Shown here: in pieces, positions 1 to 14,200 of the stretch | How positions within the stretch are numbered: position 1 is the first letter of the stretch | How the letters are laid out: every line of letters starts with the position of its first letter | Origin: a virus | IMG/VR virus record: IMGVR_UViG_3300044922_000409 | Span: 35,738-99,737 of that record | Reading direction: 5' to 3' (one strand) | Length of the DNA stretch: 64,000 nt | Program-made: the position numbers and the translations under genes | Notes under the pieces: generated by a model | Told to the model about the DNA's origin: nothing | Database searches by the model: none | What the model saw: the letters and a program-made list of their open reading frames with translations, nothing else

Positions 1-2
1 AT

Positions 3-1310
3 AATACACAGAAAAGTTATGGCATGTGGATGATTCCGCCTGATCCGGGTACTACTGTTGTTATTATTTTTATTGATGGAGATCCAAAGCGTGGGTATTG
101 GATCGGATGTGTTCAAGACGAAAATATGAACTTTATGGTTCCTGGATTAGCCGGAACTGCAAATGCAGTTACACCAAAAAAAATTGACGGGGTAGTAACT
201 CGATCGCCGGTATCTGAATACAATAAAAAATCAAATACAACTACCGGTGATGCTACTAAGTTTAAAAAACCGGTGCATCCTATTGCAGATGCTATGGAAA
301 AAGCAGGTTTATTGCTAGACGACATTCGTGGAATAACAACTAGTAGTGCAAGACGAGAAACACCGAGTGCAGTATTTGGTATATCAACTCCTGGCCCATT
401 AGATAAAAAAGGCAAACAAGGCACTATTGGAAAAAAAGAACACGAAATTAAAAATGCGTATGTAAGTAGATTAGGTGGTACTACGTTTGTAATGGATGAC
501 GGAGATGATAAAGTTCTTCGTAAAACTCCGGCTAGCGAAGGAAAACCCGATTATGTTAGAGCAGACCAGGGAGAAAAAGGTGGAAATGTTGGTATACCGC
601 ACAACGAATTAGTTAGACTCCGCACTCGTACAGGTCATCAAATTTTATTGCACAATAGTGAAGATTTAATTTATATTGGTAATGCAAAAGGTACTGCATG
701 GATTGAATTAACAAGTAACGGTAAAATTGATATCTATGCAGAAGACTCTATTAGCATCCATACTGCTCAAGATTTTAATTTTTATGCAGGGCGAGATATA
801 AACTTTGAAGCTGCTAAAAATATTAATATGAAAGCAGGTGCTGAGTTGCAAATCGAAGCTGGCAAAGATTTAAATATTGTAATTGGCGGCGATGGCAAAG
901 TTACAACTACCGGTGGACTTGATATTAATACTACTGGTAGTAATAAATTTACTGCAGCTGGATCAACTGAAATTAAAAGTGGTGGGAATCACATCGAGTC
1001 TGCATCGCAAATTCATATGAACGGGCCAGGCGCAGGTGCAGCTAAATCTGCTAAAAAGTTAAAGATACATGCATTACCTACTGAAGTAAAAGGTGGAACA
1101 ATAAATTCAATAATGCGTCGGATACCAACTCACGAACCGTATCCACAGCATGAAAATTTAGATCCGTTAAAGTTTAATGCTAGTGCAACTAACCGAGATA
1201 TTGATGGTCGAACTGAAGGTACTAGTCAAACATTGAAAGAACCAGCAACATTATGGAAAATATATACATCTATAATAGAAACATTTAATAAAGTAAAGGG
1301 AGGAAAATAA
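3..1310 (+). CDS. Baseplate hub/spike protein, gp5/VgrG-like (5'-truncated by the window edge)
   Basis: Frame is open from position 3 (NTQKSYGMWMIPPDPGTTV, OB-fold-like). It contains RTRTGHQILLHNSE and C-terminal beta-helix-like repeats, and lies immediately upstream of a gp25-like gene. Confidence 0.75.
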   Translation, partial: NTQKSYGMWMIPPDPGTTVVIIFIDGDPKRGYWIGCVQDENMNFMVPGLAGTANAVTPKKIDGVVTRSPVSEYNKKSNTTTGDATKFKKPVHPIADAMEKAGLLLDDIRGITTSSARRETPSAVFGISTPGPLDKKGKQGTIGKKEHEIKNAYVSRLGGTTFVMDDGDDKVLRKTPASEGKPDYVRADQGEKGGNVGIPHNELVRLRTRTGHQILLHNSEDLIYIGNAKGTAWIELTSNGKIDIYAEDSISIHTAQDFNFYAGRDINFEAAKNINMKAGAELQIEAGKDLNIVIGGDGKVTTTGGLDINTTGSNKFTAAGSTEIKSGGNHIESASQIHMNGPGAGAAKSAKKLKIHALPTEVKGGTINSIMRRIPTHEPYPQHENLDPLKFNASATNRDIDGRTEGTSQTLKEPATLWKIYTSIIETFNKVKGGK

Positions 1311-1741
1311 TGAGTTTATCAATGTATGATAGGATTACATTACCGGCATTTGCTAATAAACCGGAACTAGTAAAACCAAAAACTTATAAAGGATTTAGTA
1401 CAGTTAATACACAATCAGAACAATACAGCTTGTATGATTTTGAATTAATTAAACAAGATATACAAAATCATTTTCATGTTAGACAAGGTGAACGATTAAT
1501 GCAACCGAATTTTGGCACTATTATTTGGGATCTGTTGTTTGAACCATTAACTAATGAAATAAAAGACATGATTTTGCGAGATATTAACAATATCATTAAT
1601 TATGACCCTCGAGTACAAATTGGTGATGCAATAGTAACAACTTATGAAAGTGGGATACAAATTGAATTCTCGTTAACTTTTACTCCATATAACGTTACTG
1701 AAAAAATAAAAATGCGATTTGATCAACAACAAGGCCTGTAG
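1310..1741 (+). CDS. Baseplate wedge subunit, gp25-like
   Basis: GPW/gp25 signature GERLMQPNFGTIIWDLLFEP...YDPRV. Confidence 0.9.
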   Translation: MSLSMYDRITLPAFANKPELVKPKTYKGFSTVNTQSEQYSLYDFELIKQDIQNHFHVRQGERLMQPNFGTIIWDLLFEPLTNEIKDMILRDINNIINYDPRVQIGDAIVTTYESGIQIEFSLTFTPYNVTEKIKMRFDQQQGL

Positions 1742-1772
1742 CATAATAAACTATACGGTTTATGTTAATTAA

Positions 1773-1778
1773 TAAATA
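1773..1778 (+). promoter_or_regulatory. T4-like late promoter core (TAAATA)
   Basis: Intergenic AATAAATA about 25 nt before the ATG at 1801. The same hexamer recurs upstream of other structural genes. Confidence 0.55.
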
Positions 1779-1800
1779 TCATTATTAGGATAACATCATC

Positions 1801-4800
1801 ATGAGTGCAACTGACAGACAAAATAGATTATTAGTAGCTGAAGATTGGAAAAAAATATATCAATCATTCAGAAGTGCAGATTTTCAAAGTTATGATTTTG
1901 AAAATTTACGACGTACAATGGTTGATTATATTCGCCAAAACTATCCAGAAGATTTCAATGATTACATCGAAAGTTCAGAATATCTAGCATTATTAGATGT
2001 GATTGCATTTTTAGGACAAAGTGTAGCATTTCGTGTAGATTTAAATGCACGAGAAAACTTTTTAGAATTAGCCGAACGTCGTGACAGTATTTTACGATTA
2101 TCGCAGTTAGTAAGTTACAATGCAAAACGAAATATTCCAGCACACGGATTATTAAAATTCACATCAGTTAATACAACACAAGACATATATGACAGTAACG
2201 GCAACAGTTTATCAGGCCAAACTGTTACATGGAATGATTCGTCAAATCCAATTTGGTATGATCAATTTATTAAAGTAATAAATGCAGCACTACCAGGAAC
2301 CCAACGATTTGGTAATCCGGTAGATTCTTCCATTATATATAATATACCTACTGAGCAGTACACATTCCAAAGTGCAACTGCCGATGTTCCGATTTATGCA
2401 TTTTCTAAAACAGTTGCCGGTCGATCGATGAATTTTGAAGTTACTAGTACTACATTTGCTGGACAAGATTATATATATGAAGAAGCACCTAAACTTAAAA
2501 ATAGGTTGTCGTGTGTATATCGAAATGACGGACACGGATACGGCAGTGCAGGTTCGGGCTTCTTTTTCAACTTTACACAAGGTACTATAGGACATTCACA
2601 ATTTACAGTTGACCAACCTCGAAGTAACGATCTAATTAATATTGCATCAACTGGTATTAATAATACCGATGTGTGGTTATATCGATTAGATAAAAATGGA
2701 GACGAAACTGAGACATGGACGCAGGTACCAAGTCTTAAAGGTAACAACATTATCTATAATAGTGTTAATAAAAATATTAAAAATATTTTTGGTGTAACAA
2801 CTCGTGCAAACGACGCAATTACTTTAAACTTTAGTGATGGTACTTTTGGTAATATGCCATACGGCACATTTAAAGTATATTATCGATTAAGCAACGGTTT
2901 GTCATATACTGTTAATTCAAAGGATATACGAAATGTATCAATTACTATTCCATACATGTCAAATATGGGACAACAAGAGTCATTAACCATTTCGTTAGCA
3001 TTATCAACAACGATTACTAATGCCGAATCTAGTGAAACAAATGCTAGTATTAAAGCAAATGCACCTGCGTCATATTACACACAAAACCGAATGATTACAG
3101 GCGAAGATTATAATATTTGTCCGTTAAGTGTAAGTCAACAAGTATTAAAAGTTAAAGCAGTTAATCGTTCATCAAGTGGGATTAGCAGATATTTTGATTT
3201 AGTTGATCCAACTGGCAAATATAGTTCTACAAATTTGTTTGCAGATGACGGTGTTATATATAAAGATAATTATGAATCATACACTAAATTTTCATATATT
3301 AATAAAACAGATATCGAAGGTGTGATATACAATGTAGTAAATAACATCTTAACTAAATCTGAACTACGTAATTTTTATTATTCAAAATATACCGATTTTG
3401 CAAAATTAGGTAGTAATTTGCAAGTTGGATGGAGAGCAGTAACGTCTGACGTAGTGTCATCTACTGGATACATTTATGATTTACAGGCCACTGGTGAAGT
3501 TTACAAAGTTGGTCCACAATATACAGTTTCTGATTTAAAATATGTTACCTTAGGATCACTAATAAAATTTGTTGCGCCTACCGGTTATTATTTTAATCTT
3601 GATAATCAAAATAAACTTGAAGAAGCTATTAGTGTAAATTATGCACCTAATACATCATTATACATTTGGGCTGCAGTTGTTGCTATAGTTAATGACGGCC
3701 GAGCTAACGGTATTGGCGTATTATCATCCGGAGCAGGCCCGATTACATTAAATGTTAATATTGCCGATGGTGCAATCATAAGCCAAATTATACCTAAATG
3801 TCGAACAACATTAGATTTAAATGTAATTAACACTATGATTGATTTAATTTTTGAAAATAAATCTTTTGGATTAAGTTATAATGCAGCACAACAGGTATGG
3901 CAACTTGTATTTGAATCAAACATAGATTCGACTAGTCAATTTAGTTTAATTAATCAAGGTAGTATTACTAATACACAGAAAGATGCTAGTTGGATGTTGC
4001 TATTTACTACCGATAATGAATATTATACAATTACTAGTAGAGAAACTCGTTATATTTTTGAGAGTGACAGTCAAATTAGGTTTTATTTTGATAGCAGTGA
4101 AAAGGTATATGACAGTAGAACAAATTCAGTAGTTCGTGATAAAATCAAGGTGTTAAGTATTAACAAACAAATATCATCGTATAATTCATATACTACTGAT
4201 TTTGTTTGGGATGTTGTTTCTGAATACATTGGGTTAGATGGGTATGTTGATAATAAGAAGATAGTAGTGTCGTTTGCAGATTCTGATGATAATGGCATTG
4301 CAGATGATCCTGAATTATTCACAAATCTTGTGTTATATCAACAATATATATTGCAAGAAAAATATCAAATTTCATTAGGGCAAGAAGATTATCGATATGT
4401 TGCAAATAACAGTAAAGTTTGGATAATTCCAGAACTTACAACAATTGGAGATGTAGGATTGTATTATTATATACCGGGATCAAATACCGTAACTCAAGCA
4501 TCGTCTACTGGTGTATTAGAACCTACATTGGATTACAAGGTGTATGAAGGTCGCGCGAATTTAAAATTTCAATATATTCATAACGCAAATTATGAATCAA
4601 GAATAGATCCAGGTGTGAGCAATATTATTGACGTGCATGTATTAACTAAAGGTTATGATACTGCGTTTAGACAATGGATTAACGGTGCAGCTATTTCTAA
4701 ACCATTACCGCCGAGTGCAGATGAATTATACAATACACTCAGTCCGTCATTAAATTTAATTAAATCTATCTCAGATGAAATAATTTATCATGCAGTTAAC

Positions 4801-5238
4801 TATAAAATATTGTTCGGTGCAACTGCTGATCCGGAATTGCAAGCAGTATTTAAAATTACAAAAACTCCAGGACAGATAATATCTGATAACGATATTAAAT
4901 CGCAAGTAATAGTTGCAATTAATACTTTCTTTAATTTAGACAACTGGGATTTTGGAGATACATTTTTCTTCACAGAGCTAGCAACATTTGTAATGAATCA
5001 ACTAGCACCAAAAATTTCAAATTTTGTAATTGTACCTCGAAGACAAGGTTTAAATTTTGGTAGTTTATTCGAAGTTAAGTCATTAAGTAACCAACTTCTT
5101 ATAAATGGAGCAACGGTTGATGATATTGAACTTATATCCGGAATCACTGCAACTAATATTAAAACATCAAATGTAATGTCTCTTGATAGTACAATAAATC
5201 GTCAATCTATAACTAGTTCTACATATGGGAATATCTAA
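1801..5238 (+). CDS. Baseplate wedge subunit, gp6-like
   Basis: N-terminal YDFENLR...FNDYIESSE...ARENFLELAERRDS, FSDGTFGNMP and QNRMITGEDY motifs typical of T4 gp6-like proteins. Follows gp25. Confidence 0.8.
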   Translation: MSATDRQNRLLVAEDWKKIYQSFRSADFQSYDFENLRRTMVDYIRQNYPEDFNDYIESSEYLALLDVIAFLGQSVAFRVDLNARENFLELAERRDSILRLSQLVSYNAKRNIPAHGLLKFTSVNTTQDIYDSNGNSLSGQTVTWNDSSNPIWYDQFIKVINAALPGTQRFGNPVDSSIIYNIPTEQYTFQSATADVPIYAFSKTVAGRSMNFEVTSTTFAGQDYIYEEAPKLKNRLSCVYRNDGHGYGSAGSGFFFNFTQGTIGHSQFTVDQPRSNDLINIASTGINNTDVWLYRLDKNGDETETWTQVPSLKGNNIIYNSVNKNIKNIFGVTTRANDAITLNFSDGTFGNMPYGTFKVYYRLSNGLSYTVNSKDIRNVSITIPYMSNMGQQESLTISLALSTTITNAESSETNASIKANAPASYYTQNRMITGEDYNICPLSVSQQVLKVKAVNRSSSGISRYFDLVDPTGKYSSTNLFADDGVIYKDNYESYTKFSYINKTDIEGVIYNVVNNILTKSELRNFYYSKYTDFAKLGSNLQVGWRAVTSDVVSSTGYIYDLQATGEVYKVGPQYTVSDLKYVTLGSLIKFVAPTGYYFNLDNQNKLEEAISVNYAPNTSLYIWAAVVAIVNDGRANGIGVLSSGAGPITLNVNIADGAIISQIIPKCRTTLDLNVINTMIDLIFENKSFGLSYNAAQQVWQLVFESNIDSTSQFSLINQGSITNTQKDASWMLLFTTDNEYYTITSRETRYIFESDSQIRFYFDSSEKVYDSRTNSVVRDKIKVLSINKQISSYNSYTTDFVWDVVSEYIGLDGYVDNKKIVVSFADSDDNGIADDPELFTNLVLYQQYILQEKYQISLGQEDYRYVANNSKVWIIPELTTIGDVGLYYYIPGSNTVTQASSTGVLEPTLDYKVYEGRANLKFQYIHNANYESRIDPGVSNIIDVHVLTKGYDTAFRQWINGAAISKPLPPSADELYNTLSPSLNLIKSISDEIIYHAVNYKILFGATADPELQAVFKITKTPGQIISDNDIKSQVIVAINTFFNLDNWDFGDTFFFTELATFVMNQLAPKISNFVIVPRRQGLNFGSLFEVKSLSNQLLINGATVDDIELISGITATNIKTSNVMSLDSTINRQSITSSTYGNI

Positions 5239-8200
5239 TGGTTAACAAAAAAATAACTTTACCTAGAAGTACAGCAACCGATACAAGCAACAGTGATAAT
5301 ACTGCAAATTTTTTACCTAGTTATTACCGAACAGACACTAATAAAAAATTCTTACATGCAACAATTAATCAGTTAACCCAGCCGGGTACTGTAAAAAAAG
5401 TTAACGGGTATATTGGTCGATTAAATGCTAAAGCATCCTCATCGGCTGATATTTTTATAAATGCGCCTACTCAGGTTAGGCAAAATTATCAATTAGAACC
5501 TGGGTTAGTAATAACTGATAATATAGATAATACTGTATATCTAAAAGATTATCAAGATTATATTAATCAGTTGCGTGTTAACGGCGCAAATGTATTTGAT
5601 CATTCTAGATTAAATAATCAAGAATTTTACAGTTGGGATCCACATATCGATTGGGATAAATTTGTTAATTTTCAAGATTACTATTGGTTACCAAACGGTC
5701 CTAATACTATTAGTATTAGTCATGCTGCTACGACTGACCAAAGTGTATTTACAGTAACGATTGATACGGCTGGTCTTGATTCTGCATATGTGTTTACACC
5801 TAATGGATTTAATAGAAATCCAACAATTACATTATATAGAGGAAAAACTTATGAATTTAACATTCATAGTACTGACAACGTGTTTAGTTTTAAAACTATT
5901 CGAACTGAAGGTACACTAAACCGATACATAACACCTACATTAGATAACAATTCAATTACTTCGGGTAAAATTATATTTACCGTACCGTATAATGCACCGG
6001 ATGTGTTATTTTATGTAAGCGAATCTAATATTGATCTTGGTGGCACAATTAGTATTTTAGATATTAACACTAGCGGATTCATTGATGTTGCTACTGAAAT
6101 TATAGGCAAACAATCATTCCAAATGCCAAATGGTAAATTATTAAGTAATGGTATGTGTTTATTGTTTACTGGTGAAGTAACACCGGCATTATATGCAACC
6201 GGAAAATTTTATGTTGAAGGTGTTGGCACTGCTATTAAATTAATTCCAGAGCGTGATTTAGAAATAATTGCACCATATACTACCTCCGAAATGATTTTAT
6301 TTGATGCAACCCCGTTTGATACAACACCATTTAGTGATGCTACTACATTTGCAGGAAATCCAGATTATATTGTAATTAACAGAAGCAGTACTGACAAAAA
6401 TCAGTGGAGCCGATATAATAAATGGTTTCATAAAAGTGTAATTGAAACTAGTGCTGCAATTAATGGAATAACTGCAACTGTTGATCAGTCTATGCGTGCA
6501 GTTAGACCTATTATTGAGTTTGATGCTAATTTAAAATTATTTAATTTTGGAACAACTGCAATTACTGATATCTCAATTATTGATCGGTATACAACTGATG
6601 CATTTTCAACAATTGAAGGATCACTTGGTCACACCGTTGACAACATCCCATTACAACATGGACAAAGAATTATATTTACTGCTGATACTGATCAATTAGT
6701 AGCAAACAACGTGTATCGTGTTGAATTTATTGATGTGAAACATACAACTGACGGATTCGGAGTTTCTAATAGTCGACAAATTCGACTTGTATTAGAATTA
6801 AAACCATCTGAAAATCAAGTTGTATTAGTGCAACAAGGCACAATATCACAAGGTACTATGTTTTGGTATAATGGTAATACGTGGATTAGTGCGCAACAAA
6901 AAACTAAACTAAACCAACCACCATTATTTGATGTAGTTGATAGTAATGCAATAAGTTTTGGTAACGGTGCTGTATATCCAGGTACTACATTTAAAGGTAC
7001 TTCTGTATTTTCGTACAAAGTTGGTACCGGAATAGCAGACAGCAAATTAGGGTTTCCTCTATCGTATAAAAATATTAATAACATTGGTGACATAAATTTT
7101 AATTTTACATTATTAACTGATATGTTTCAATATGATCAATCAAGTAACACTATTACAAAAACAACAGATGTAGGATATTTAATTAAAACTGTTAACGGAC
7201 ACGTGAATTATGTTAACGGCTGGCAAACAAGTTCTGTATCAAATGTGCAACCAGCGGTTCGCATTTACAGAAATTCAGAGATGACAAATAATTTTGATAT
7301 AGATATTTTTGATACGTTACCTGCATTAATAGACATTAGTGTTCGCGTTTATATAAATGGCATGCGATCACCAGCTAGTAATTGGGTTATTAAAACTACG
7401 GCAACTAGCGTTACAGTTGGCCAAGTGCCGTTGACACAATATCAAATTGTGTTTAACACACCTGTGTTGTTAACTGATTGCGTAACTATAAAAGTGTATT
7501 CGCGTACTCCTATTAACACAAATGGGTTTTATGAAATTCCGATTAATTTACAACATAATCCACTAAATGGTGTACTGACTGAGTTTACACTAGGCGAAGT
7601 AATTGATCACGTTGATAGCATTATTGATAACATTTATACAGGTACATCATTTGTTGGTATATTCCCGGGTCTTAGTAATTTGAGAGATTTAGGAAATGTA
7701 ACACAATTTGGTACAAAATTTGTTCAGCATAGTGGACCACTTAGTTTGCCAATGTATCATTTAACATCGGCTAACAATGTAATTAATGCGATTGAAAAAT
7801 CAAGAGACGACTATTGCAAGTTTAAACGTGCATTTATGGTGTTAGCTGAAACATTAGGAGTAGATACCCATCCTATTAATCATGTAAATTTAATTTTGCG
7901 TACACTAAATGCAGATGTTCCAGCAACTGCTCCTTACTACTTTAGTGACATGGTACCATATGGAGCGTATTCGAAAATTGATGTTACTGTTCGTGACCCT
8001 GAATCTAATATTTTCTCATTATCTAAAGTGTTTAGTTTATCAGAATTGTCAACTTCGGCAGTTCTTATATATGTAAATGACCGGCAGTTATTGCACGGTA
8101 AAGATTATACGTTTAGCAATCAAGGATTTGTAATTGTTACTGCACTATTAAACGTTGCTGATGTAGTATCAGTGTATGAATATAGCACTACTGACGGATG

Positions 8201-11200
8201 TTTGATACCAGAAACACCTACTAAGTTAGGTATCTGGCCAAAATATGAACCAAAAATATTCTTAGATACTACATTATTAACTCCTTCAAGAATGATACAA
8301 GGACATGACGGTAGTTTAATATTAGCATATAACGACTATAGAGATGATTTGATTTTAGAATTAGAAAAGAGAATTTATAATAACATTAAAATTAAATATG
8401 ATCCTACTATTTTTGATATATGTGATATGATTCCTAGTTATGCTCGAACTACTGATTATAGCTTAGACGAATTTAATTTAGTGTTATCTGCAAACTATTA
8501 TCAATGGTCAACACATGTTAAAAAAGATTTTTCAATACCTTCATTACCTGGAACTAGAAATAATCCTTTTACATTTAATTATAGCAGCAATTTTGCTCCA
8601 GATGGTCGACCAACACCTGGATTTTGGAGAGGTATTTATCAATGGGTGTATGATACTGATCGTCCACACTTATGCCCGTGGGAGATGCTAGGAATTAGCG
8701 AAGAACCAATTTGGTGGAGTACAGTATACGGATTGGCACCGTACACTAGTGATAATTTAGTGATGTGGAATGATATTAGTAACGGATTGGTAAAAGAGCC
8801 AGATCAACCAATTGTTAAGAAAACTAAATTTGTTAAATCTTTTTTGATGAATTATTTGCCCGTTGACAGCAATGGTCGATTAGTTAGTCCATTAACAAAT
8901 AATATTGCTAGCGGAACATCATCAAGTGATGTTCAATTATCCTTTAAGTTTGGTGATGTATCGCCAACTGAAGCTGCTTGGAGACGTCATTCACATTATC
9001 CATTTAGCGTATTAAAAACACTATTATTATTAAAACCTGCAATGACAATGGGATTAACACTAGATAGAAACCGAATTGTTCGAAATTTAACAGATCAATT
9101 AATATATTTAGATACTGGTGTACGTATTAGACTGGCTGATATTAAATTGCCGAGTGTGTATTTAAGTAGCACCCGGGTACAAACTGCAGGTCTTATAAAT
9201 TATTTGGTAAATTATATTGATTGTAATGAATTGTCGTTATACAATGAATATAAAAATAATTTATCAAAAGTAACTGCGCAGTTATGTTATCGTGTTGGTG
9301 CATTTACTAGTAAAGAAAAGTTTAATTTATTATTAGAATCAAAATCACCGTCGTCAGTTGGCAATATTTTTATACCACCAGAAGATTATAAAGTAATAAT
9401 GAATACGTCATCTCCGATTGCATCATTAGTATATAGCGGTGTTACTATTACTAAAGTAGAAGGTGGATTCGAAGTTACCGGATATAGCAAAACCCAACCG
9501 TATTTTACATACTATGCTAGTTATTATAGCGGTTCAACTATTACAGTTGGCGGTATTTCTGCAGTATATTCCGTATGGACACCGTACCATTATTATGTAG
9601 TTGGATTTGTAGTTAAGTATAACAATTCATATTGGCAAACTAAAATTTCACATAATTCAACTGAATATTTTTCAATAGATCATTTCACACTGTTACCATC
9701 TATTCCGATTGTTGGTGGTTCTAAGGTTGAATTTAGAACACGTTGGGAGTCTACTGAAATAATTGTACCATATGGTACTAAATTTTCGTCAATACAAGAA
9801 GTAACAGATTTTTTATTAGGTTATGGAAAATGGTTAACAGATCAAGGATTTGTATTTGATGACTATAACGATCAGTTAGGGTCAGTATCCAATTGGGAAA
9901 CTAGTGCTAAAGAATTTATTTTTTGGACTGCAAACAATTGGGGAGTATCTCAACAGTTATGGGATGATTGGGTACCGGATATGTTAATTACCTTTGATAC
10001 AATTGTTCGATATACCGGAGATTATTATCGTGCAATTAGAACAATGCAAGAACCAGTATTTAATGAGACTGATTATGAATTAATAAACGGTCTTAGTTCT
10101 AATGGAAATTCAGTCATAACACTAAGTCCGGCTGCAACTAAACTGCAATTTAAAACTATTTTAAGTGTAGTAGACGATATTACTAATCCGGATTATGTGT
10201 ATGAGATGTTTAATGCGCAAGGTAGTCCAATTCATTCTAATCTAGTAAATTCATATAGGTCAGGTAACATAGTAAGTTATTCCACTACTGATATTAACGC
10301 ATACATTTATTGTGCTAGTTTTTACTTAGTGCAAAAAGAACATGTTATTGTGATGAATAATGCAACTATGTTTAATGATGTAGTTTATAATCCAGAAAGT
10401 GGATATAAACAAGACAAAATTAAAGTGTCCGGATATGTTAGCATTGAGTGGAATGGCTCATTAAATGTTCCGGGATTTATCGTAGACAGTGCAATCATAC
10501 ATGAATGGGAAATATGGAAAGATTATTCAGTAGGTGATATTGTTAAACACCAAACATTTTATTATAGTGCAAGTAAATTTTTGTCAGGTACACAAAAATT
10601 TAATGATTTAGACTGGATTAAGTTAACAGAAAAACCAACTGCAAAATTATTGCCAAACTGGAATTATAAAGCAACTCAATTTACTGATTTCTACAGTTTA
10701 GATAGTGACAATTTTGATGCAGCTCAACAAAAAATGGCTCAGCATCTTATTGGATACCAAAAAAGACAGTACCTAGAAAATATTATTCAAGATGACACTA
10801 GTGAATTTAAATTTTATCAAGGTATGATAATTGAAAAAGGTACAACAAATGTTCTTAACAAACTTTTTGATGTTTTGAGTCTCGATGGTCAAGAAAGTAT
10901 GGAGTTTTATGAAGAATGGGCAATTAGAACCGGACAATACGGCGCAAGTTCAGCATATAATACTGTTGAATTTATATTAGACGAGGCATTAATAAGAACT
11001 AATCCGCAAGGAGTTGAATTAGTTACGACTACACAACAACTTGATGATCGTATTATTCGACAAATTCCGTCTGATGTGTATGTAAAACCATTAGGATATA
11101 CTCCGTATATTTGGCCTGCATTATCGTCAACGTCATCTATATTACGATCAAGCGGCCATGTTAGAGCTGATGAAGTAACAGTTACCATTCGATCACCTGA

Positions 11201-14200
11201 AGAGTTAACGACCCTTGATCCATCAGTATTACCTATTAACTCGTATGTGTTATGTACCTTTGAAAATGCAAGTTGGAATGTGTACCAAATTATATCATCT
11301 AAGTTATCACTTATTGCAATAACAATGATAGATGATACCACTGTAGAAATAACAGTTAATTCTTACATTAATTTTGATGTTGATTCATATGTTGGTATTA
11401 AACACAACTCGTTTAATTCATTTTATAAAGTAGTAAGTATCGGAACAAACAATTTTAGAATTAACATAGCTGGATTAAAGATTCCGACTAATGTTAAAAC
11501 TATTTCACTTGTTACTGCAAAATCTCGTCGTGTAAGTTCAATTGATAATATGAATTATACGTTAGCAGATTTAGGAACATCATCATTATTATGGGCAGAT
11601 AACACATTAGCTAATGATCAGACATGGGCAACTTGGAAACATCAATCTGTTTATACAAGAAATACGGTGTTTAATCAACAGTTAATTGATAATTTAAAAT
11701 TTGGAAAAAGCGTTGCATCAACTGCAGACGGTAACTTAGCAGCAATCACAACTGCGCTTGGCGAGGTTATGATCTACGATAGGTTAGGTAGTTCTAAACC
11801 ATGGACTCTCCGCCAAGTAATTAATAAACCGTTTATATCATCAGTTACTCCTATTGCAGACACAATTGCAACTGTTGTTGCTATATCTAAAGATGGTAAA
11901 TGGCTAGCAACTGGATCACCAACTGCTAGTTTTGCAACGGTGTCGATGCCAATGACTGGTTTAAATGTAACTGATATTAACGGTTTAAATACCGAGTATC
12001 CTGGGCAAGGTGTTGTGTCAATATACGAAAACACCAATAACATGTTTACATTAGTTAACACAGTTACGAGCCCAATGCCACAGTCGCATGAAAATTTTGG
12101 ATTAACTTTAGAATTTAGTATCGGTGCATCGCAATCATTGTTTGTAGGAACATCTCGTAGTTATAGTACAGTTTATCGATTGCAGTATATAGAAACAATC
12201 CGTGCAGGTACATTGTATAATCCAAATGGCAGTACTTCAACTTCTATTCAAGTTTCGACAACTGTTGATATTGTACCTGGCATGCGTATTAGAGGTACAA
12301 ATATTGATAACATTGTAACCGATGTTATTGATGATACAACTATCGTTCTTAATACGCCGTTGTCTGCAGATCCTGATGGTAATTTAATATTTTCTACATT
12401 AGAATGGAACTATTGTAATGAAGTATATTATAACGATCAGCCTGGTAGCAACTATGGTAAATTAATTAGGGTGTCAGCCGATGGCGCCATTTTAGTAATT
12501 TCTGCACCATATGGGTATGGGGTGTTTAGTTCCGGTCAGGTATACATATATGAATACGATATTATGTTAAATTCTTACATACTGTTAACGACGTTGTCAT
12601 CAACTAGTTCAAATTCACATAGTATTATGATGGAACAGTATGGTCAAAGTATTACGGTATCAAATAACGGTGAATACATAGCAGTATCAACACAAATGAA
12701 CACGTACACAGTTAACAGTAACTTACAGTGGGTACAGATGGCATCAATCGGAATAGTGTATATTTATGAACGTAACGGAAGTGACTATAACTTGTATTAT
12801 GAACCGATTGCTGCATCAGATATTACTAGCGGCTTTGGTACAGACATTCAATTCACAAATGATTATTCAACACTTGTAATTTATAGTCAAAATACAGATA
12901 ACACACACCGAATGTCTATTGATGCTGGCACAACTACATTTGATGCAGCAGAATTAGATACGATTAATACTACTACTATTACATATACACTTACTGAGTT
13001 TGGCGGCATTGACGTCTATGATCGGTATGGACTGAGTTGGGTTATTAGTGAACGATTAACTACTTTATCATTATCTGAAGATGGATACGGAACATCTATT
13101 GTTGCAACACCGGACAGTATACTAGTTAGTTCACCGTTTGCAGAAACTAGAGTTTCACAGTACATTAATTTGCAAACTGGCATCGTATACGATTATGTTA
13201 AACCGACCAACCAGTACAGTTGGACAATAAATCACTATCCTGTTGCCAAACCCGATGTAAAGAAAATTAAACAAGCATTTTTATATAATAGATCAACTAA
13301 CAAATTAATAAAGCATTTAGATCTAGTTGATTCGTTACAAGGTAAAAATTCAAGTATTGCTGATCAGGAAATTAAATTTAAATCGTTTTACGATCCAGCA
13401 GTATACAGTTCGCAAGTAGACAATCCAACATGGGTTAATGACGGTCTTGTAAATATAGATGATGGAATAGCATGGACTACAAATCAAGTAGGTGCATTAT
13501 GGTGGGATTTAAGAACAGCTAAATTTATTGATAGTTATACGGATGATGTAGTTTATAGAAACAGTACATGTAGTACACTTGCATTTGGTGCATCGATTGA
13601 CATATATGAATGGGTTGAAACAGATCTATTACCGTCGGAGTGGGATGCAGAGGCAGACACTGAAGCAGGATTAGCAATTGGTATAAGTGGAAAGTCGTTA
13701 TATGGTGATAATGCATTTAGTTACTGTCAACGATATAATAAGTTAACTCAACGTCTTATAAACACTTATTATTTTTGGGTTAAGAATAAAATAACAATAC
13801 CGTCAATTCCGGGAAGAAATTTGTCAGCAAATACGGTATCTAATTTAATTGCAAACCCGCGAGGCGCAGGGTACGAGTATTTGGCATTAACTGGATTAAA
13901 TTCGTTTAGTTTAGTAAATGTAAAATCACTATTACATCATACTGATGCGGTATTATCAGTTGAGTTTTGGAATGGCAATACTGTTGATCAAAATATTCAT
14001 TCACAGTGGAAACTTATTAGCACTTCTCCTAGAACAACTATACCTGCAAATATAGAACAAAAATGGTTTGATAGTTTGTGTGGGAAAGATTTAGGAAATC
14101 GAGTAGTGCCTGATCAATCGCTGCCAGTTAAATTGCAATATGGAATTGAAAATCGCCCACGCCAAAGTATGTTTATTAATCAATACGAAGCATTAAAGCA